Positions 8,010 through 15,573 of a stretch of 25,712 nucleotides of DNA are shown piece after piece. Made by a program: the position numbers and the translations under genes. The stretch covers positions 1 to 25,712 of IMG/VR virus record IMGVR_UViG_3300031758_000509. One strand, written 5' to 3'. The notes beneath the pieces are model-generated. The model was not told the origin of the DNA, did not search any database, and saw only the letters and a list, made by a program, of their open reading frames with translations. The DNA comes from a virus. Lineage: Duplodnaviria; Caudoviricetes. Numbering within the stretch: position 1 is the first letter of the stretch; each line of letters opens with the position of its first letter.

Positions 8010-9242
8010 GTGAGAATCGGTTGGACATCTAACGCGCCGTGGGCACCCACGGGATACGGCACACAGACGAACGAGATCGTCCCGCGCCTTGCAGCCGATG
8101 GGCATAAGGTCGCGATAATGGCGAACTACGGCTTCGCTGGCTCCACGATGGAGTGGCGACCTGGCATCCCCGTGATGGGACAAGGGCTAGACGCCTACAG
8201 CAATGACCTCACGCCCGCGCAGATCGGCAACTGGATCAACCAGACGACCGAGGATGGCGCAGGGCTGGGCATCTCTCTCTACGATGTCTGGGTATACAAG
8301 TCGCCGCAGTGGGACGAGATCCCAATGGCGTCGTGGACGCCTGTTGATCACAGCGTCGTACCTGAAGAGGTCAAGGCGTGGTTCAACCGTAAGGGCGCAG
8401 GCAAGTGGGCTATCGCGATGAGTCGCTTTGGCGAGCGCGAACTGCTTGATGCTGGACTAGAGCGCGACCGACTCTTCTACGCGCCGCACAGCATTCCGCT
8501 TGACATCTTCAAGCCTACGCCATCCAACATCCGCGCCGACCTGAATATTCCAGCCGACGCGCACCTCACGATTTGCCCGCAGGCGAACAAGGGCGTCACC
8601 CCGATCCGCAAGGCGTGGCCCGAACTGCTCCTCGCGTGGAGCCGCTTCGCACAGAAACACACCGATGCCTACCTCTACCTTCACACTGAGATGTTCGGTC
8701 TCGCTAACGGCACGAAGTTGGAGCGGCTGCTCAAGGCGGTCAACGCCCCGATGGATCGGGTGCGAGCCGTGCCGCAGTTCGCCTATCGGCAGGGGCTGGA
8801 TCAGGCGGTGCTCGCCAAGTGCTACACTGCAGCCGATGTGCTCCTTCAGCCCAGCAAGGGCGAGGGCTTCGGCATCCCGACAATCGAGGCGCAGGCGTGC
8901 GGCACGCCCGTGATCGTCACGAACTGGACGGCAATGCCCGAACTCGTGGGCGTCGGCTGGAAGGTCGGCGGTCAGCCAGAGTGGGATGAGCTGCAGACCG
9001 GCTGGTGGATGACCCCGAATGTTGACGAGATCGTAGACGCGCTGGAGCAGTCCTACGCGCTCAAGGCTGACACCGAGAAGGCGAAGGCAGCGTCCGAGGC
9101 GGCGGTTGCTTTCGCATCTAACTACAGCACCGAGAAGGTCTACGCCGAGAACTGGCGTCCGATCCTCAAGCAGATCGAGTCTGAGATCCCGAAGGCGAGC
9201 GGCCTGAACCGCGAACAGCGGCGAGCCGCCAAGCGCAAATGA
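8010..9242 (+). CDS. Glycosyltransferase, GT-B fold (GT4-like)
   Basis: N-terminal SNAPW.PTGYG, RKAWPELL, and E-x7-E motif PSKGEGFGIPTIEAQACGTPVI. GGAGG SD. Confidence 0.93.
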   Translation: MRIGWTSNAPWAPTGYGTQTNEIVPRLAADGHKVAIMANYGFAGSTMEWRPGIPVMGQGLDAYSNDLTPAQIGNWINQTTEDGAGLGISLYDVWVYKSPQWDEIPMASWTPVDHSVVPEEVKAWFNRKGAGKWAIAMSRFGERELLDAGLERDRLFYAPHSIPLDIFKPTPSNIRADLNIPADAHLTICPQANKGVTPIRKAWPELLLAWSRFAQKHTDAYLYLHTEMFGLANGTKLERLLKAVNAPMDRVRAVPQFAYRQGLDQAVLAKCYTAADVLLQPSKGEGFGIPTIEAQACGTPVIVTNWTAMPELVGVGWKVGGQPEWDELQTGWWMTPNVDEIVDALEQSYALKADTEKAKAASEAAVAFASNYSTEKVYAENWRPILKQIESEIPKASGLNREQRRAAKRK

Positions 9243-9766
9243 GCGTCACGGTTGTCACGGCAACGCTGCCTGAGCGGGAGAAACTGCTCAAGCGAGCCGT
9301 TGATTCGGTGCGAGAGCAGATCCTCCAACCAAGCGCACACCTGATCGGCGTGGATTATGCACGACGCGGCGGCGCGGCAATGAAGAACGATCTGGCTTTT
9401 GCCGCGCAGACCAAGTGGATCGCGCTGCTAGACGATGATGACTACCTCTACCCCAATCACCTGTCCTCGCTCGTTGAGGCTGCGGAGCGCGACGGATCTG
9501 ACATCGCCTACTCCTACGATGACGGTGCAAGGATGTACCGCGTCGGCTTTGAGGCGAACGCGCTGCGATCTAGCAGCATCGTCAGCCACAACGCCATCGT
9601 TCGCACCGCGCTCTTCAGAGAGTTGTGCGGCTTTGATGTCATCAAGGGCTACGACTGGCACTTCTGGGTCAAGGCGCTCAACCACGGCGCGAAGTTCACA
9701 CTCGTGCAAGAAGCGACCTGGTTCTACGATCTCAGCAACGAATGGAAGCACGAGAGCCGACCGTGA
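9239..9766 (+). CDS. Glycosyltransferase, GT-A fold (GT2-like)
   Basis: VTVVTAT..ER..LL.RAV.SV..Q, DxD motif in WIALLDDDD, and DWHFW. ATGA coupling. Confidence 0.9.
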   Translation: MSVTVVTATLPEREKLLKRAVDSVREQILQPSAHLIGVDYARRGGAAMKNDLAFAAQTKWIALLDDDDYLYPNHLSSLVEAAERDGSDIAYSYDDGARMYRVGFEANALRSSSIVSHNAIVRTALFRELCGFDVIKGYDWHFWVKALNHGAKFTLVQEATWFYDLSNEWKHESRP

Positions 9767-10386
9767 TCGTCATCCTCGCCGCTGGCAAAGCATCACGGTT
9801 AGGCGGCACGAACAAACTGCTCGTGGAGGCGGCTGGGCTGCCCGTGCACGAGTGGCACCGGCGTGCGGCTGGCAAACAGCCGACCTACGCGGTTGTGAGG
9901 CGAGACGACGAGAAGTCGGTGCTCAGCGCCGCTCCCTGGCTGGCTGGGGTGATTCCCCACGATGAGGCAGACGGCCCGTCTGGGGCGCTCCTGAGTGCCT
10001 CTACGGGGCTTCCAGGCGGCGCGCTCACCGTGCTCTTCGCCGATACCCTGCTCCCGCAGGTGCCAACGCACGATGGCGACTGGGTGGGTGTAGCTGCGGC
10101 ACCGTGGAGAATCTGGGACTACTACGACGCTTCCACCGAAGGCGGCTGGACGCGCGGCATTCCCGAAGTGCTTGTATGCTGCGGCATCTACCGCTTCACC
10201 AATCGCGAACTCCTCAATGACATCTGCTATGACCTCAAACTCGGCTCAACCAATGAAGTGCATATGGCTGATGTTCTGAGGTCGTATGCACCTCACCAGC
10301 CGCTCACGGAACTCATCGTGTCCGGCTGGCAGGATGCTGGCGACCCTGACGCGCTCAAGCGTGTCCAACCAATCAAGGAGACCTGA
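9763..10386 (+). CDS. Nucleotidyltransferase (sugar-phosphate NTP-transferase superfamily)
   Basis: VILAAGKASRL...NKLL signature, FADTL, CGIYRF, WQDAG. GTG 9763 overlaps the GT2 stop (GTGA), preferred over ATG 9742. Confidence 0.85.
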   Translation: MIVILAAGKASRLGGTNKLLVEAAGLPVHEWHRRAAGKQPTYAVVRRDDEKSVLSAAPWLAGVIPHDEADGPSGALLSASTGLPGGALTVLFADTLLPQVPTHDGDWVGVAAAPWRIWDYYDASTEGGWTRGIPEVLVCCGIYRFTNRELLNDICYDLKLGSTNEVHMADVLRSYAPHQPLTELIVSGWQDAGDPDALKRVQPIKET

Positions 10387-10988
10387 TGGCAATCACGAAC
10401 GGCTACACGACCGGCTCTGCGGTCAAGACGGCTCTGGGCATCATTGACGCAACCTCGGACACCGAGTTGGAACTCGTGATCGAGTCGGTCAGCCGCCTGA
10501 TTGACGATTATTGCGGGCGATTCTTCTATCAGTCCGCTGCATCCACCGCCTTCTACACGGCGCAGGACTATCTCGTGCAGCCGATTGACGACTTCGCCAG
10601 CGTCTCCGCGATCACGACTGACGGCGATGCCAACGGCACCTTCAGCACCTCGTGGGTCATCAACACCGACTGCGCGCTTGCGCCGTTCAACGCAGCGACT
10701 ACTGGACGACCGTTCACCGAGGTCATCGCGCTCACCGAAGGCGCGAACACCTTCCCTGTGGAGATCGTCAAGGCGGTCAAGATCGTCGGAACACGCGGCT
10801 GGCCTTCAGTGCCCAAGCCCGTAGAGATGGCAACCATCATCCAAAGCGGGCGTATCTTCAACCGACGCAACACTCCATTCGGAATCGCAGGATCGCCGGA
10901 AGTGGGGCAGATGCGTCTGCTCGCACGCCTTGACCCTGATGTGGAGCAGATGCTGCGCGCCTACCGCGTCGCAGCCCAGGCGGTCTAA
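10386..10988 (+). CDS. Head-tail adaptor (HK97 gp6/SPP1 gp15-like)
   Basis: Y.T...VK..L.I.D...DTEL..VI...SR.ID.YCGR.F, GWPSVPKPV..A, DPDV..ML..YR. AAGGAG SD. Confidence 0.85.
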   Translation: MAITNGYTTGSAVKTALGIIDATSDTELELVIESVSRLIDDYCGRFFYQSAASTAFYTAQDYLVQPIDDFASVSAITTDGDANGTFSTSWVINTDCALAPFNAATTGRPFTEVIALTEGANTFPVEIVKAVKIVGTRGWPSVPKPVEMATIIQSGRIFNRRNTPFGIAGSPEVGQMRLLARLDPDVEQMLRAYRVAAQAV

Positions 10989-11447
10989 ATGGCGCTGGAT
11001 ACCTACGCCATCGGCACGGCGCTCGCCGCTCGATTCTCGGCTGCCAACACGACGCCCCCTGCGGGCTACGACGAGGTGCGGCTAGCGACGGCGAACCCGC
11101 CTGATATGATCTCGGTGTTTCCGTCCGTGGTGGTCTTTCCCCCTTCCACCACGGCGGAATACGGCCCCAATCGCCTCGTGCGACAGATTCACCGCTTCCC
11201 CGTGCGCTTCTATGTGGCAAAGGGGATGGGCACCGACCGTGCAGTCAAGGCGCTCTACGCCTGGCGCGATGTGCTCGTAGAGGGCGTGGTCAGCGATATG
11301 CAGCTCGGCTTGCCGAATGTCGTCGTCAAGGCACTCGTGCCGGATATCCGTATGGGAGAATCCGAGTACGGCGGCGAGATGTTCGCCGTGATCGAGATGC
11401 AGGTGGAAGTGACGACTCGCGAAGTGCTGAGCACGATCGCCCCGTAA
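10989..11447 (+). CDS. Putative tail terminator / tail completion protein
   Basis: Size, position and pattern (helix, P.VVV, beta strands, helix, terminal strand) match tail terminators. Confidence 0.6.
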   Translation: MALDTYAIGTALAARFSAANTTPPAGYDEVRLATANPPDMISVFPSVVVFPPSTTAEYGPNRLVRQIHRFPVRFYVAKGMGTDRAVKALYAWRDVLVEGVVSDMQLGLPNVVVKALVPDIRMGESEYGGEMFAVIEMQVEVTTREVLSTIAP

Positions 11448-11965
11448 TGGCAGAAACCAAAGTCTCTTTCAGTATCCAATACAAGACCGAAGCGACCGAG
11501 CGCTACTTCTCGCAGTTCTATGGTTCTGAACTAGAGGCAGTGCTTGAGGCAATGCGCGATGCTGCTGGTAAGGCGATGCAGCCAGTCTTGCAGCAGTCGT
11601 ATCTCTCTAGGGGCGTTGGTCGTAAAACAGGGAACCTGTATCGCTCAATCAAGCCAGTCAAAATCAAGCGACAGCCAGGCACCATCGGCGTCATTGCTGG
11701 CCCGATTCCAGGCAAGCGCGGCGGCAATCATCGCCATCTGATTGAGTTTGGCACGGGAGCGCACCGTATTTATCCGAAGGAAAATGGGATTTTGCGAGCA
11801 GCATTCGGCTATGCCAAGTTGGTTGAGCACCCTGGTGGTCGAGCAAAGCCGTTCGTCACACCAGCAGCAGCCAGCGCATTGGAAGCAGGTCAGCAAGCGG
11901 CTGACGCAGTTCTTGGAAGATACTTGGAGAAGGCAAACGCCCTCTCCTCTGTAGAAGAAAGTTAG
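11447..11965 (+). CDS. HK97 gp10-like neck/tail component
   Basis: KTGNLYRSI, HLIEFGT, HPG.RAKPF..PA motifs. Confidence 0.82.
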   Translation: MAETKVSFSIQYKTEATERYFSQFYGSELEAVLEAMRDAAGKAMQPVLQQSYLSRGVGRKTGNLYRSIKPVKIKRQPGTIGVIAGPIPGKRGGNHRHLIEFGTGAHRIYPKENGILRAAFGYAKLVEHPGGRAKPFVTPAAASALEAGQQAADAVLGRYLEKANALSSVEES

Positions 11966-11974
11966 GAGAAACAA

Positions 11975-12958
11975 ATGGCAGTCAACCAGTTACTCAAACT
12001 CGTGGGAGCGCTTGAATCAACGGCTGGTTCCGCTGCCACCGCAACCCGAGTCCTCTACGCGAATGAGGCAACCCCTTCACAGGAAGTCACGAGCATCGCT
12101 AACACGACGCTTCGCGGCACCTACTTTGAGGCGTATGAGATCAACCCTGGCGTTGAGCGCAACGGCTTGAACATCGCAGGGCCAGTCCTCTACAGCCAGA
12201 TTCCGTTCTGGCTTGAGAGCAGCGTCAAGGGCGGCGTCACGCCTTCCGGCACCGTCGCGCCATACACCTGGACTTACAGCCCGAACAGCGGCACGGCGAA
12301 CGCGCCGAAGACCTTCACGGCTGAGTGGGGCTGGGCAGACGGCGGCACGGTTGTGCCAACCTACCGTCTCGCTGGCTGCGCCACGGACGAACTGAGCATC
12401 TCCTATGTCAAGGACGAGGCGGTCACCTTCACGGCGACAACCATCGCCGCAGGCACGGTCGCGCTCGGAACTGCATACAGCGCCTCACCAAGCGATACCA
12501 CACAGGTCAGCGTGCTCGGCGTAGACGCAGCCGTGTTCATTGACGCGACGACGATCGGCTCAACCGCCGACACCTCGGTGCAAGAGGCAACCTTCACGCT
12601 CACGCGCGGACTCGTCCGACGCGAAGTGCTTGACGGAACCTCGGCAGCCGTGGATACGGTGGCTCCTGTTGCGCGACAGGCGCGACTTGAGATCGTCCGA
12701 TACTTCACGAACCGCAACGAACTTGATCAGTTCCTGCTCAAGAGCGAGCGAAAGATTCGCATCTTGTCCACAGGGCCAACGCTCGGCGCGGGCACCTATG
12801 AGTTCCAGTTGGACTTCTATGGTGTGGCAGACACTCACGAGATCGCGGAAGTTGATGGCGTCATCGTGGCGAACATCACCTATCGTGGCATCGTGGATTC
12901 GGCTGCGAACACGGACTTCTCCATCGTGGTAAAGAACAACCTCGCAACGATTTCCTAA
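11975..12958 (+). CDS. Major tail tube protein
   Basis: E...G near the N-terminus, YTWTYSP, FT.EWG, GC..DELSI; precedes chaperone and tape measure. AGGAG SD. Confidence 0.85.
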   Translation: MAVNQLLKLVGALESTAGSAATATRVLYANEATPSQEVTSIANTTLRGTYFEAYEINPGVERNGLNIAGPVLYSQIPFWLESSVKGGVTPSGTVAPYTWTYSPNSGTANAPKTFTAEWGWADGGTVVPTYRLAGCATDELSISYVKDEAVTFTATTIAAGTVALGTAYSASPSDTTQVSVLGVDAAVFIDATTIGSTADTSVQEATFTLTRGLVRREVLDGTSAAVDTVAPVARQARLEIVRYFTNRNELDQFLLKSERKIRILSTGPTLGAGTYEFQLDFYGVADTHEIAEVDGVIVANITYRGIVDSAANTDFSIVVKNNLATIS

Positions 12959-12976
12959 GCAGGACAAGGAGGCAGA

Positions 12977-13282
12977 ATGCTAAAGGCAAAGACGACTAAA
13001 CTTGAGTTGACCGGCGATCTCGCTGGTCACTGGGTTGAAGTTAGAGAGTTTACTTGGGGCGAGATCAAGGCTATCCGCGCCGCAGACGCGACCGAAGAAG
13101 AGAGTACCGACAGGCTCCTGTCGCTCATCTCGTCGCACAACCTCGGCGTGGATAGTCTTGACAACCTCCCGCTCAGCGGTCTCATCGTGATCGCGAACCG
13201 AATGCGCGACTGGATTGAGGAACTTACACTCCCAAAAGAGCAGGGCAGCAACTCCGTACAGCCCTCGCCAGAACAGCAATAA
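12977..13282 (+). CDS. Tail assembly chaperone (gpG-like)
   Basis: Between tail tube and tape measure; contains the slippery heptamer C CCA AAA. Confidence 0.8.
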   Translation: MLKAKTTKLELTGDLAGHWVEVREFTWGEIKAIRAADATEEESTDRLLSLISSHNLGVDSLDNLPLSGLIVIANRMRDWIEELTLPKEQGSNSVQPSPEQQ

Positions 13283-13458
13283 ACCCCGACGCGAAAGCGC
13301 CGGTGCCGCTGGAGTACGCGCTCGATGCGCTAGCTCAGCGGTGGGGCGTCGCGCCGTGGGAACTGGAAGAGGCTCCTGGCGAATGGGTGCTGCGTGGCTT
13401 GGAGTTTATGAGGATTGAATCGTCGGTGACGACGAGAAAGGCGGGCAAGCGTGGCTGA
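13231..13458 (+). CDS. -1 frameshift extension of tail assembly chaperone (gpGT-like, ~160 aa total)
   Basis: C-CCA-AAA at 13231-13237 is in the correct register. The -1 frame reads RAGQQLRTALARTAINPDAKAPVPLEYALDALAQRWGVAPWELEEAPGEWVLRGLEFMRIESSVTTRKAGKRG to TGA 13456-13458, overlapping the tape measure start. Confidence 0.82.
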   Translation, partial: PKRAGQQLRTALARTAINPDAKAPVPLEYALDALAQRWGVAPWELEEAPGEWVLRGLEFMRIESSVTTRKAGKRG

Positions 13459-15163
13459 ACGAACGACGACACTTGCCGTCATTCTCAAGGATGGTGCCTC
13501 TAAGGGAATGCGCGAACTCAATAAGACAGCGCGCACCTTAGAAAAAACGGCTGGCAAACTCAACGCTCCGTTCGCCGCAGCCGCGAAGGGCTTTGCGATT
13601 GCGGCGGGTGCAGCCGTCGTCGTGGGCGGTGCGATGTTCGCAGCGGCGAAGGCAGCAGCCGATGAAGAAGCGTCAATCGCTCGTCTTGATGCTGCTCTCG
13701 CGGCCAATACAAAGATCACCGAGGATCAGCGCAAGCAGATGGACGCGGCTATTGAGACGCGCAAGAATCTTGCTTTCAGCGATGATGATTTACGAGACTC
13801 CCTTGCTCGGCTCGTACCACGCACAGGCGATGTGACGAAGGCGATTGAACTACAAGGGTTGGCAACAGATTTCGCTCGTCTCAGGAACATTGACCTGAAA
13901 ACTGCAACCGAAGTAGTCGGCAAAGTCTTCAGCGGCAACACTGGAATCTTGAGCCGATACGGTATCACCGTCGGTAAGGGGACAACCGCAACGGAGGCTC
14001 TTGCCTTGATGCAGGAGCAGGCGGCTGGTTCTGCGGATGCATACGCAAACACAACCGCAGGAATGATGGAGACGATTCAGAACACGCTTGATGATGTCGT
14101 TGAGGACATTGGAGGCGTTGTGTTGCCGATCTTGTCAGAGGTTCTGACATTTTTCCGCGACGAGATTTTGCCTCGCATCCGTGATTTCGGTATTGCATTT
14201 GCCAACGCCTTCACGCAGGCTGTGGAGTTCCTGCGACCGTTCATCACCACGATGGTCACGCAGGTTCTGCCCGCCATCATCAACGTCGCTGGCGCAATCA
14301 TTGGAAAACTTGTTGAGGCGTTCAAGGCGATCGCCAAGTTCGTCAGCGAAAACATTGGCATCATTCTTGTTGTTGTAGGGGCGTATACCGCATTCACCAT
14401 CGCCGTAAACATCGCTGCAGCCGCTGTTGGTGCGTACCGAACCATTATGGCGTTGACTAATCTCACAATGCAATCTTTTGGTGGCCCGATCGTTGTGGCC
14501 ATCGCGCTTATCGCCGCGCTTGTCGCGGGGCTGATCATTGCCTACAACTCAAGCGAAGACTTCCGCAACATTGTGAACGCAATCTTTGACGCGATCAAGC
14601 CAGTCCTAAAAATCCTCGGCGACCTTTTCCTAATGGTAGGCACGACTATCGTCCGCGCCTTTGGTGCGGCATTTGACATTGTGAAAAGCCTCGTTGCGCT
14701 TCTCTGGGGCGACGGCAAGGGACCGCTTGCCATTGCCGTAGGCGCAATCGGCGACTTGTTTGGCGGGCTAGGTGAAATCATTGGCTTCTTTGTTGGACTG
14801 GTACAGGGCGCGCTTGACATCGTGCAGAAACTTATCAACCTTGCCAACAATCTGCCGTTCATCGGCGGCTTCTTGCCAGCCCAGGGCACGCGCACGAAGC
14901 GCGAGCGCGAGCGCGCACTTGGTGGCCCTGTCACCGGCGGGCAACAGTATATGGTCGGCGAGCGAGGGCCTGAACTCTTCGTACCGAATCAGTCAGGCAG
15001 CATCGTGCCAAACAACTCCCTCGGCGGTCAGATAAATGTCACCGTGCAGGCGGGTGCCTTCCTCGGCTCGTCTGACGATGCCCGCGAGTTCGCTCGCCGC
15101 ATCTACGGCGCGCTGAATGACGAAGCCAAGCGCCGAGGCACGGTACTCGGAGGTGCTCGATGA
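13451..15163 (+). CDS. Tape measure protein (short, 570 aa)
   Basis: Ala-rich helical protein with periodic Phe/hydrophobic repeats, AY..SE.FRNIVN, and C-terminal RALGGPV..G..YMVGERGPELFVP. Confidence 0.92.
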   Translation: MAERTTTLAVILKDGASKGMRELNKTARTLEKTAGKLNAPFAAAAKGFAIAAGAAVVVGGAMFAAAKAAADEEASIARLDAALAANTKITEDQRKQMDAAIETRKNLAFSDDDLRDSLARLVPRTGDVTKAIELQGLATDFARLRNIDLKTATEVVGKVFSGNTGILSRYGITVGKGTTATEALALMQEQAAGSADAYANTTAGMMETIQNTLDDVVEDIGGVVLPILSEVLTFFRDEILPRIRDFGIAFANAFTQAVEFLRPFITTMVTQVLPAIINVAGAIIGKLVEAFKAIAKFVSENIGIILVVVGAYTAFTIAVNIAAAAVGAYRTIMALTNLTMQSFGGPIVVAIALIAALVAGLIIAYNSSEDFRNIVNAIFDAIKPVLKILGDLFLMVGTTIVRAFGAAFDIVKSLVALLWGDGKGPLAIAVGAIGDLFGGLGEIIGFFVGLVQGALDIVQKLINLANNLPFIGGFLPAQGTRTKRERERALGGPVTGGQQYMVGERGPELFVPNQSGSIVPNNSLGGQINVTVQAGAFLGSSDDAREFARRIYGALNDEAKRRGTVLGGAR

Positions 15164-15564
15164 GCGTAAGTCAGCCAACCCTATCCTCTGGCGCGACGAC
15201 GATCACGCTGCCATTCCCTGTCCGCACGAACGCGGTCAAGCTGGAATACAGCACGGTCGGCGGCAGCCGCCTCACCGTCAACGGCTCAATCCGTACCTGG
15301 TCAGTCGGCTATCGTTTCTCCTACTCGCTCGCCTTTGAGTACGAGAATGTCACGACTTACGACGCGCTCGTCGCGCTCTATTGGGCGAATGTCAGCAACC
15401 AGACCACCACGACCTTCACCTGGACGGGCGGCCCGTTCACGCCAGCCCAGGCTGGAGTCACCGTCCGCATTGACTCAATCAGCGATCTGGTCACCGTCTA
15501 CCCCGATGTGACGAAGGGCGACTACCAGATCACGCTCGTTGAGGTTGACGCCCGCACAACCTAA
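15160..15564 (+). CDS. Putative distal tail protein (Dit-like)
   Basis: 134-aa beta-rich protein coupled (ATGA) to the tape measure; ends Y.ITLVEV. Confidence 0.65.
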   Translation: MSVSQPTLSSGATTITLPFPVRTNAVKLEYSTVGGSRLTVNGSIRTWSVGYRFSYSLAFEYENVTTYDALVALYWANVSNQTTTTFTWTGGPFTPAQAGVTVRIDSISDLVTVYPDVTKGDYQITLVEVDARTT

Positions 15565-15573
15565 GGAGGCATC

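Noticed and set aside
8010-10386. DNA hypermodification role for the glycosyltransferases
   Set aside because: Disfavoured, not excluded: no base hydroxymethylase or similar gene nearby, location is in the structural operon, and the genome strongly avoids restriction sites.
13215-13418. 67-aa ORF as the frameshift partner
   Set aside because: It is the +1 frame. The -1 frame from the slippery site gives the chaperone-like sequence.
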